A DNA stretch of 64,000 bases, taken from contig QPMI01000673.1 of the NCBI GenBank assembly GCA_004431415.1, positions 29,510 through 93,509 of the forward strand. The letters are read 5' to 3'. Source of the stretch: Cyanophora paradoxa CCMP329 (Eukaryota; Plantae; Glaucophyta). Below the pieces are notes generated by a model. The model saw nothing but the letters and a program-made list of their open reading frames with translations, did no database searches and was not told the origin of the DNA. Shown here piece after piece: positions 38,348-49,200 of this stretch; position 1 is the first letter of the stretch, and every line of letters begins with the position of its first letter. Position numbers and translations under genes: made by a program.

Positions 38348-39245
38348 GGTCTTGTCGTCGGCCTTTCTTCTTTCCACGTCCGCGGCGGTCCCCTGCCGAT
38401 GACTTCTTTTGCGTTCCTTCTTCGCTTTCCGATCAAGCCTCCGCTTGCTACGAAGAGATGTATTCTAGTTTTTGTTGTCTCGCGGGCGTTTCAGGCTTCG
38501 TGGGATTTAGCAGTACATGCATCGCCTCCCAGCTGCAGCTCCCGTGATTTAGTTCATATAGGCCCTGGGGTTTTTGAAGTTTCTGTCCGGTGTAGGTTCG
38601 ACATCAGCGTATATTAGAGATAGATGACCGTCTGTAGTAAATCTATGTAAATGAAATCGCTGATTCCTCGGCTGGATCGGCCGATTGCAACGTTACAGAT
38701 AGCTGAAAACGTAACGGCGGGGGGGCGGGGGGGCTCCTTATGCAAATCACGCTTCGTAGTTGTCAAAGTATCACGATACCATGGCCCATCGATATCTAGA
38801 TCTATCACGAAATAATCGTAAAGGTAGAAAATTGACGATACGAGCTAGTCGCGCGCGAAACTAAACGCGAGGGCGCGCCGACCGCGCGGCTAGCTTAAAG
38901 CTTGGAGCCGACTAGCCGCTGAGCTTGGAGCCGCCCGCGCGAGCTAGCTTGGATTATCTCGAATTCAACGCGTAATCGCAGCTGCAGGGCGGCATTCTTA
39001 GCTATAGCTTTAGCGCAACTGCCGTTCGAAAGAGCTAAAGCGGGCGGTGCGCACGCGCGCGACCGGCCATTATAAACTCGGCTCGCGGCGGCACAGCCAG
39101 AGCGCGCAATCCGATCGCTGAGCTCGCCAACAGAAGGCGTATCTGCTGCACGCACCAAGCGGGAGGACCGGAGGAGCGCTGCGGCGCGGTCGCGGACTTC
39201 GCGGCTTCGCGTGCGCACGCGCTGCTGGCGCCATCGGAGAGGCGC

Positions 39246-40746
39246 ATGCCGAAGAGAATGTCGACCTCCGGCGCACACGAGGACGGCGAGGGCCGGAGAC
39301 AGTCATTCGACCTCGACCTGAATGATGAAAAGCCCAAAGACTCCCCGCGGCACCGCGCTACCATCACAGTGGACCAGGATGTGAGCATAGCGCACGTCCT
39401 TCGCGATCCCTACATCGGTGCGCGCTGCCCGCGCGCGGGGGCGGGGCGGCGCGGTGACAGACGGGCGGGCGCCTGTCGACGGGCGCAGGTGGCCCGCTGC
39501 TGATCCTCGCGCTGGCGCTGCTCTCGCAAACGCGCTACGTGGGCCTTGGGGAGTACATGGGCTTCGAAAACGGCGCCGGCTTCAACGCCATCTTACTGAC
39601 CCTCACTAGCGGCATCTCCACGGGCCCGCCCCGACCCCTCCCCACCCCCGCCCCGCGGCCGCCGGCCTGAGGCGGCGGCGGCGGCGCAGGGATCGGGGGC
39701 CTGATTGTGGTGCTCTGGCCGGGCGTCGGCCGCCGCGAGGTCGCCGCCTCGATGGCCTTCGTGAGCGCTACCCCCGCGCCTTGGCCAGCCCGCGGGGCGC
39801 TGGGGCGAGCGTGCGGGGGCAGGCCGGGGGCGTGATGATCTACCTCGCCTTCGTGGAGATGATGCCCGAGGCCCTCGCCGAGGCCCGCCCCGCCCCGCCC
39901 CGCCCCGCCCCGCCCCGGCGGCACCGGAGGGGGCAGCGCCCTGACCCCCGCCGCAGGTGGGGCACCTCAAGGTCCCCGCCCCCGCCCCCGCCCCGCCCCC
40001 GCCCCCCGCCCCGGCTTGCGGGTGGGGGCGCGGGGTGAGGCGGGGCGGGCAGGCGAACGGGGCGATGTTCGCGGGGATGGGCCTCATCGCCGTGCTCGTG
40101 ACCGTCCTCCCCGACCCCGACGTCCACCTCGACGCCTCCGCCGACGAGGCCCGCCCCGCCCCCGCGCCCCCACGCCCCCCGCACCCGACCCCCCGCCCCC
40201 GCAGGTCCGCCGCCACATGCTCCGCATCGGCTACCACACCGCCATCGGTGCGCCGCCGGGCCCGGGGCCCCCCGCTTGGGCGCGGGGCGAGTGGATGCAG
40301 GGCTGGCGGCGCACAACATGCCGGAGGGCGTGGCGGTCTTCATGGCGTGCCTCCGCGGCCAGCGCACCGGCCTCCTCCTCATGCTCGGCCCGCCCCGCCC
40401 CGCCGCCGCCCCGCGCCCCGGCGCCCTGAGGCGGGGGGGCAGCGATGGCGCTGCACAACGTGCCGGAGGGGGTGGCGGTGGCGATGCCGATCTACGCGGC
40501 GACGGGCTCCCGCTGGCTCGCCCTCCGCTTCTCCCTCATCTCCGGCCTCGTCGAGCCCGTGCGCCCCGCCCCCCGCACCCGCCCCGCCCCCCGCCCCGCT
40601 GAGCGCCCCGGCCCCGGCGCTGGCGGCAGGTCTCGGCGGTCGCCGTCGGCTTCGGCTTCTCCCGCTTCCTCACCCCCAGCGCCGTCAAGGCCCGCCCCGC
40701 CCCGCCCCGCCCCGCGCCCCGCGCCCCGCCCCGCCGCGCGCAGGGG
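39246..40746 (+). CDS. ZIP (ZupT-like) metal transporter, 3' end cut off by the viral insertion
   Basis: [58 protein letters not shown]; last TM helices absent after acceptor CAG 40741-40743. Confidence 0.85.
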
Positions 40747-40750
40747 CCGA

Positions 40751-40827
40751 CACACATAGGGATACCCCTGATCCAAGCCCTCCGGCCTTCGGCCTACAGG
40801 CTTGGATCAGGGGTATCCCTATGTGTG
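40751..40827. repeat. Perfect 29-bp inverted repeat at the host/virus junction
   Basis: CACACATAGGGATACCCCTGATCCAAGCC (40751-40779) and its exact reverse complement (40799-40827); the 19-nt spacer contains GGCC-TTC-GGCC. Confidence 0.97.
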
Positions 40828-40948
40828 CGCGTTTCAGGTACTAGGGTAGTAAGCATTTATTTCAGGTCTTAGGGTATTAATCATGTCTTTTTGGCACCAG
40901 TATGTTGGCCGCCTCTGGGGTATTAGAAGCTTGGATTCGGCACCAATT

Positions 40949-41058
40949 AGGCAGGAGAGGCAGGAGGGTTATTTGTAAACTTTCCTAAGGAATCCCCTCT
41001 TGTGTGGGATTTTACATATAACCCTCCTGCCTCTCCTGCCTCTCTTGCCTCTCCTGCC
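40949..41058. repeat. 24(+6)-bp inverted repeat with two short internal arms and 10-bp iterons
   Basis: AGGCAGGAGAGGCAGGAGGGTTAT (40949-40972) pairs with 41018-41041; TGTAAA/TTTACA extends the stem; CCTCTCCTG-like unit repeated about 4 times. Confidence 0.92.
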
Positions 41059-41064
41059 CCTCTC

Positions 41065-41463
41065 TTAAACCTCAAATCTCCTCTTCTCATGGTGTAATCT
41101 CTTTTTAATTACTGCCCCAAATCCAACAGCATATTTGTTTATCTCCTCCTCCAGCTCAAAAGCAATTAAACTTGTATTCCTTTCTGCCTGTTTTCCACAG
41201 CTGAATATATCTATTGCCAACATGCCTTGATCACTGTAGCAATGAGCAGAGCAATGGCTTTCATCTAATAATAATACTTGGGCAAATCCAGGGGGTGATT
41301 TGGTGCCATCAAAAATCTCAGCATGTTTGTGGACAACCTGTATTCCATATTTCTTGATGATGTCTTCACTGACATTCATGAGCCATTTAGAGAGCTCCAC
41401 ATGGTCTCTAATTGGTTGGCTGAATTGGAAATCAAGCATCACATGGTAACCTTTGGCAAGCAT
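41065..41463 (-). CDS. speD: S-adenosylmethionine decarboxylase proenzyme (prokaryotic-type, pyruvoyl-dependent)
   Basis: GYHVMLD...PPGFAQVLLLDESHCSAHCY...AIDIFSCG, with the E-SH autocleavage motif. Confidence 0.88.
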   Translation of the reverse strand: MLAKGYHVMLDFQFSQPIRDHVELSKWLMNVSEDIIKKYGIQVVHKHAEIFDGTKSPPGFAQVLLLDESHCSAHCYSDQGMLAIDIFSCGKQAERNTSLIAFELEEEINKYAVGFGAVIKKRLHHEKRRFEV

Positions 41464-41508
41464 TTTGATTACCAATAGAATAGAAAAAACAATAAGATTG
41501 CTGGAGAT

Positions 41509-42353
41509 TTAAGGCAAAGGATCACTTCCTCCAATGGGATTGTATAAATTTGTGGTTAGATATTGACCAAATCTATTTCCTCTGGCAATTTCATCATTCC
41601 TTTCAGCATACATAATCACTGTGTAAGCCCCTTGCTGGGTAGCTCTTATAATATATTGGTCATCTTGTGTGTCAAGAAGTGGCAGTGAATGGAAAGCAAG
41701 TCCGAAATTATCTACTGGGACTACTTGGACAGTAATTCGGGGTCTTGCTCCATCTGTTCTTCTACATAATGCGTAAATATCAGCAGGCAACGTCTCAGTA
41801 TATCTATAGTGATTTCCCAAAGGCTCTATAACATCAATGACAGCAGTCTGAAGGTTGATAATGATTGTGTTGATTTTGATAATGTAAGGCTCATTCATTC
41901 CCGGGACATATGTCCTGATTCTTGTATTCACATCATCTGGATTGGGTTGATCATTTACTAATAAAGGCGCTCCAATAATTCCACCAACCCTTAAACCATC
42001 TCCAATATAGGCACCTCCTGACCTACATTTAATTGCTCCCTTCTTGCTTCGTAGGCAAAATTGGTTACCTTGTTATCATCATTGTAACTATCAGGATCCC
42101 CATGAAATGCGTTGAAATTCGCATTTGTTACAAGAAGTTTAGTAGTTTTAACGACCCCATTATTTTTGTCACATCTCAATTCTCTTAGTCTTAGCATGTG
42201 AGTGTCCCCAAAAGTATTTAGGGTTGGGGCTATCTCTGTGGATTCGAGACCATCAATATTATCAATAATAGCATGCTGTAAGACGTGGTTAGCTGGAGCA
42301 GCTAATGATAGTTGCGCTGTTAAAATGCGCTCTGGTGGTGCTGGTGCTGCCAT
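41509..42353 (-). CDS. Viral hypothetical protein, paralog A (one frameshift near 42000)
   Basis: ORFs 41991-42353 and 41509-41931 join; shares LRxDKNxGVVKTTxLLVTNANF and C-terminal GxY..RNDE with the next gene. Confidence 0.65.
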
Positions 42354-42372
42354 TTAATATACTGAAACATAA

Positions 42373-43217
42373 TTACGGAATGGGATCATTTGGGAATGGT
42401 TCATTATAGAAATTCGATACTTGCGAATCAGGATTTATACAGTTGGCAACAGCCCATGCTGCTTCATCATTACGATATCCAAAAATTAAAATATCATAAC
42501 CCCTACCTCTGATGCCCAAAAATCGAAACTGTTTGGTTGTGTAGCAGGATTTCTTGTGATCCATCCACGCCCACCATGGCCTACTGCTTGAACAAAGAAA
42601 GTATAACCTTCTAATCCTCCATTCTGAGAGCGACATATAGAATACATTGCCTTTGGTAGAAGCTGATTAGCCAATTTCCATGGTCCGGCAATACCTTGGG
42701 GTTGAGTGGCATTTTGCGTATTTACATTAGCTCTAATGATACCAAAAGCATACGGGGAATCCCCGCATGGAAGAAACATGCGAATTCTTTGGGGATTATC
42801 AGCATGTTCAGGTAAAGTGTCCGGAAAATCATTAAAGGCAGCAGAAGAGCCAAGCATTCCCGATACTCTACAGCCACCACCAATTATTGCTCCTCCTGAT
42901 CTTATAACAGCAGCAGCCCTTGTATTGTCAAATTCAAATGCTTTGATATCTACACCATACGCATCAGGTTGTCCATTTGCTGATTGAAAATTCGCATTTG
43001 TTACAAGTAGTTGAGTTGTTTTCACCACTCCCGAATTTTTATCAGCTCTCAGTTCTTTTACACGAATCATACTATTCTTGTCAAAAGCATTACCTGAATT
43101 TGCCCGTTCTGTTGATTCCATTCCACGAACTTCATCAGACACTTCATGTTGTCTAAAATGAATTGCTGGACTCCCCAATGCGTAAACTGGTAATTGGACT
43201 CGATTATATTCGCCCAT
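42373..43217 (-). CDS. Viral hypothetical protein, paralog B (one frameshift near 42500)
   Basis: ORF 42486-43217 plus the tail of 42373-42636; same shared motifs and PxxDPxP terminus. Confidence 0.65.
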
Positions 43218-43256
43218 TACTTCTTTTATTAAGAAGGATAGAAAAATAAAGCTTCA

Positions 43257-46200
43257 TCACGGAATTCCATATGCTGTCCAGTGAATTGTGAAGGTATATG
43301 TCGTATTTGCTGTAGCAGTCGCATCAGTTAGCAAGGTAACATGAACTGTGGACGAGGTAGAACTTGAATTCGATAATCCAAACTTATAGCCAAGCGCTTG
43401 GGTTGTCACAGGGGTTCCTTCCATTACTAAACTAATGACAGGTGGTTTCGTGTTGAATGCTGGGTTCCAATTTAAAATATAAGTGGCTTCTCCACGGCTA
43501 TTGGCGTTGAGGGGTGCTATACTCATCTGGAAAGTCCCAGATAGAAATCTTTGCCTGATTTCATTCCATGTCAGGATTTTACTTAGACTATTTGTAGTTC
43601 CAGTGGCCACCTCATAGAAAGACCTTGCGTAAACATTGGTGTTCACACTGAGCTTGTCTACCAAAAGATTTGCTGAGAGCTGAGTGTATGTTTCGGGATA
43701 AGTGTATGGAAAGTCAAGCCCAAATTTGAGCTTAAAGTAATATCTCATGAAACTCTTTTCAGTTGGAGATAAAGCCCGATTAAAAATTACAACTTCGGCT
43801 ATCTCTCCTACATAGGAAGTGAATGAGAGTTCCTTTATTTTTATGGTTGGCGTGTTTGACCACAGGAAGCTTCCAGTAATTGAGGGAGATACATCTGTGC
43901 CATTCAACCCATAGTTAGTGTTGTAGGGGTTAATTGAAAGTCGAACAACCCCCAAGAATTCAAGAAGCTTGTTGTTGAGACTTGTGTTAATGTGGAAGTG
44001 ATAATACCAAGGGAATTTCCATTAACTGCTCCCAGTGTGATATATCTCCCGTATGTAGGGTCACTTGTGTCATCATTGGTAACTACAAAATGTGATTGGT
44101 TACCTGTGGCAGTGTGCTTTCTCACTGAAAATACAGTCATGCCACTGGCAAAAATGTTTGATAATGCTGTGGTGTACTGATGCCGATATCCAGAAGAACT
44201 ACTTGTGCTGACCATGTATTTATTTCCATTCAATGCTGTCCCACTGCTTATTGAGTTCTTGGATAAAGTGAACCCAGGGCTCATGTTTGGTAAGGCAAGT
44301 GGGAGCCCTTCTGCTCTGTTGACCATTGTTTCTAACAACGAGCCATTGACATCAGTTGAATTTGGGTACCAGTGGAACACACAATTGGATGTGAAAAGTG
44401 GATTAGTATATGAAAGGAGCTGGTCAATTGGTGGCGATGTAGAAATTGGATAGAACTTGATGGACTGGTCACCATTTATGATTGAAGGAGTGTAAAGGTT
44501 GCTTGAAACTACAAGGTTTGATGTAAGATAGCTGCTGAGCCAGTCCCTTGTAACATTTGAAGTAACAAGTTGTGGATTAATTTTTTCAGCTATCAATGCT
44601 TGAACGACATTTGAAGTGGTGTAAGGTTGAAGCCAGTTTTGAACAGTGTTTGATGTGGGGATATTTGGCAAGGCTACATTGCTATTCACAGTCAGCTTAT
44701 TAAGTATAAGATTGGGGGTGGACACCTGTAGGAACTCATTTGAGGAGTAGGCTGGGCTGATTTGGGGAATTGGGTTGCTCAGACCATACTTTTGTGATAG
44801 ATAGTAGCGGATAAAGCCCTTCTCATCAGCTGATAGAGCCCGATTGTAAATGATTATTTCTGCCATTTGTCCTTGGAAGCTTTCTATCCAATCTTTTGGA
44901 TTGTGAGATTTGCCACTTCACTTAAATTGTAGTTGCCAGATAATGTGGGGGATAAATCAACACTATTGATGCCTACTGTGGTTACGGTTGAAGTGACATG
45001 ATAGTCAAACAAAGTCCAATTGTTGTAAAAGCTCGTGGCTGTGGATGCTGTGGAAGTTGCTTGATACACTCCATTTGTTTGATAACTCGTTATTCCAATA
45101 GATGTTTCTCCTGTGGTTCCGAATCTTATATTTCTACTTGATGTAGGGTCACTGTAAATGTTTAGATGAGCTGAAGGACTGGCAGAGGTTGAATAGTTCC
45201 TTCTCACAGAGAACATTGTCATCCCATTGCTGAATGGGTTTGCTATGTAGGGACTTGGTTGCGCCAAATAGGTTGTTACCCCTGTAACCCCAAATAGTTT
45301 ATTCCCATTGATTAAAGAGGCACTCAGCACGAAGGCCCCAGTTGACACTTTTAGCCAAGAAGGCAAAGCATTGGGTTGCCCAGATGCCCTATTGGTAAGT
45401 TCTGGTATTGCTGTGCCTGATGGCTCATTTAAAGGATACCAGTGGAATACACAGTTTGGTGTAGACAGTGGATTTGTGTATGCTGAAAGGCGTTCCAGGG
45501 GAGGTATCAAGTTTTGGATTAGAACCAAGTCTATGGATTGGCTACCACTTCTTATGTTATTTGTGTAAAGGCTGCCCGAAACAGAAAGATTGGATGTGAT
45601 AGTCCCTCCTGATTTGGGCAAATAGTCACTCAACCAGCTCTGAACTATATTTGAGGATGTGAGTGGAGATATTTGGGTATTGACTGTAGCCGTATCAGCC
45701 TTGGGAGCTAACCAGCCCTGAACTGTGTTGGAAGAGGTCAACAGGGCTATTTGGGAGTTAACAAAGGCAGTCTCAGCCTTTGGGGCTAACCAAGCTTGAA
45801 CTGTGTTGGAGGATGTCAGCAGGGCTATTTGGGAATTTACAGCTGCTGTATCAGCCTTGGGGATTAACCAGCCCTGAACTGTGTTGGAAGACGTCAGCAG
45901 GGCTATTTGGGAATTTACGGTTTCTGTATCAGCCTTGGGAACTAACCACTCTTGAACTATATTGGAAGCAGTCAGTGGGGCTATCCACTCTTGAACTACA
46001 TTGGAAGCAGTCAATGGGGCTATCCATTCCTGAACTACATTGGAAGCAGTCAGTGGAGCTACCCATTCGTGAACTACATTGGAAGCAGTCAATGGGGCTA
46101 TCCATTCCTGAACTACATTGGAAGCAGTCAGTGGGGCTATCCACTCTTGAACTACATTGGAAGCAGTCAATGGGGCTATCCATTCCTGAACTACATTGGA

Positions 46201-49200
46201 AGCAGTCAGTGGAGCTACCCATTCGTGAACTACATTGGAAGCAGTCAATGGGGCTATCCATTCCTGAACTACATTGGAAGCAGTCAGTGGAGCTACCCAT
46301 TCGTGAACTACATTGGAAGTGGTTAAAGGTTCTATATTGGTATTGATACTGTCTATGCTTTCTTGTATCTGTGTAATCTGGGCATTGATGGCAGTTATTT
46401 CTGCCTCTTGAAGGCTTGAACTTGTTTGGAAATCTTTGATAATAAAACCACCTCCTGGTGCTGGTGCTGTATATTGGAGGTTGTTGGCTATAAGACTTCC
46501 TGTAACTCTCAGGCTGTTTGTTTGTAGAAGAAGTTTGTTAGGGTCACTGGAGAAAGGATTGTCTAATGGCTCAGGATAACCGTATTTTTGAAGGAGATAA
46601 CTTCGCACGTTATTTTTGACGATTTCTGTTGTTGGTTTAATAATCACTATTAGCTCTGCTAAATCTTGTTTGGAGGTTGAAGAGCCAATACGACTTTCAG
46701 TAACAAGGTTATTGGGGAACATGTTTGTAACATTTGCAACACTTCTATTGCTACCATTGATCCCAAATGTAACAGTGGAAGGAGAGACTGTTACTTCGTA
46801 GAGTGTCCATGTCGTCATTTCGGAGTATGTAATTTCTGCTTTTGCGTTACTTGGTGAAGTGCTTTCACCTAATCCTGCTGCTCCAACCCCATTAGAAACC
46901 TGAATATAACAAGTCGCACCATTGTTCCATTTATTGATGCTCCAATTTGTGGTTCCATATCTCAAAGATAAAACGTTCTCTACATTTGGAGGTGCTGTAT
47001 CTGTGAATTTCGCGACGAAAAACACAGTTAAATGTTGCTGTGAAGTTTGGCTCATGAAAAGTTCACACTCAGCCCCCCACGTATTATAGGCTGAAAAGTT
47101 GAAGTTAATGGTAGGATACGAATTAAAATAAGGTTTGTTGTTAGGACCTCCATTATTCTTAATTTGCGTCGAGTTCCCAGCAACATTACCAAACCCAAGA
47201 AGAAAATTCGGTGTCTCAGGGTTATTATCAAACCAAACGTCTCCTGCTCCGTTTCCAAGTCCACTCACTATCGTTCCATCTTTCATGTTGTCCCTTGCTC
47301 TGACCCAAACGAAAACATTAAGAACTGAAAGGACATTAAACGTCGAGACATCCAAATAATCCAATTTGAAAGTGTTCTCATATATTTTGAGTTTGCTGTC
47401 AGTGTTTCCTTGATTGCTCACGTTAAGATTTCCTGTGATTGTTCCACCTGTTAATGGTAAGTAGTTCTCTAACAACGCTTCTGAATCTGCTATCCAACCC
47501 TCCACAACATTAGAAGTGGTGTATTTATTTAACCATCCGTCTACTACATTCGAGGTTGTGAATTCTGTAAGTAATGCTGCTACACCATTGGTGGTTGCTA
47601 AGTTCATCCCTGTTACTTGTAGTTCCTGAGTCTTGATGAGTAGTTTATTATCATCTCTTGGTATTGGGTTTGAAGGGTCTTCCACAAATCCGTAGAATTG
47701 ATGAAGATACCATCGTAAATTATATAGCTCAGCAGCTGTTAAGGCTCTTGTGAAACAATAGAATTCGCACAGGTCAAATTTTGAGTATTGACTTCCCAAA
47801 TATACATACTTTACATCATTTCGGGGCAGATGAGAACCATTTGTAATCGAAAAGGTCTGTCTCTCTTTCGCATTAACACCCACTTTTACGAATGTGCTTG
47901 TGATTGTGATGTCATAGATTGTCCAAGAATCTACTTCGTCAATTGTGAGTGGAACCCTGAAAGTAGATTGGTCTAATTTGCTGATGTTCAAAACGAAACC
48001 ATCACCCCATTGACCTTTGGAAATACTCCAAATTTGCCCATTACTACCAAGTGTAGAAGACCCATCAAACTGTAAAATAGGTTCAAGCGGTTCAGCGCTT
48101 CTTAACTTAATCACAAATGCGACAGTTATCCCTCCACTGAAATCGATGGTTTCATAGCCTGCTGAATTTGTAGAAGTGAAGGAATAACGGAAAGTAGAGA
48201 AGCTATTTGTGTCTGCTACATCATAGAAGGGTTTGTTATTAGGACCTCCTGAACTCTTGAATACTACACTTCCTGACTGTATCAGTTTTTGAATAACATT
48301 AGCATTTGCTTTATTAACAAGCTCATAGACCAGTACATTATTTTCCCAAGCATCATCCAAACTCGCATTAAATCTTAGAAGGCAATGAGACAAACCCCAA
48401 CATCGAAATTTAAGAAGTTTAAAGGTGCTCTTGAAATCTCATTGTTCCCTATAACAATCTTATCCTTTACCTCCAATTCTCTATTGACTGTAAGATCACC
48501 TGTAATGGTGCCACCTGTCAGTGGTAAATATTTAGCGAGTTCAGCATCAAGCTCAGTCTCTGTAACATAGGGTATTAATGCTGCTGCCAGTGTTGTGGCA
48601 TATTCAGTTTCTGTTACATAATCATTGAGTATAGTTGAGAGTTCTGTTCCATCTATGTAGTTCTTATTTTCTAAATAATCCTCTGTGACAATTCTCGATA
48701 TAGTTTCGTTGTGTATGTTTTGGCTGATGCCCTTTGATTGATCTCTAAGACACCCTCCCCACTCCACCATTATAATTTGTTTTAATCCAAGCTACCTCAC
48801 ACTGTTTATAATCATCTCGATCTCCAATTAAATCATCAGGTAAGAGACGTTCTCGACTAAATATTAACTTTGGTCTTGATCCATCAAAAGCGCTAACATC
48901 AGTTACGTTAATTTGAAGGGTGGCATCTTTGTCTACAAAATTAATTGGATCAGCTGGAAGAGATGGTATAGGTGGAAATGTTGCTGTCATTGGGATGTCA
49001 TCTGGGTAGTAACTTGTTAGATAGATACCGGGTTTGGTGTCTTTTATTTCAACACCTCCACCAGCTGCCACTAAATTAACTCTTGTTGGGGGTCTGATAT
49101 ACAATTCGCCTTCCATTGTGGTTCCAGCATCTAATCCCCTACGATTCACATAGTAGTCATTTAATTGTAATCTTTCTTCAATCTCAATATTTTGATAGAG

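Noticed and set aside
1-40750. Long R/P/G/A-rich ORFs (e.g. 33594-36431 +, 29624-32038 -, 6782-8593 -)
   Set aside because: Shadow frames caused by stop-codon scarcity at extreme GC; they overlap recognisable spliced genes.
45935-46325. 39-bp repeat array as a CRISPR array
   Set aside because: Units are contiguous with no unique spacers, are a multiple of 3 and lie in frame in the fibre gene; no cas genes.
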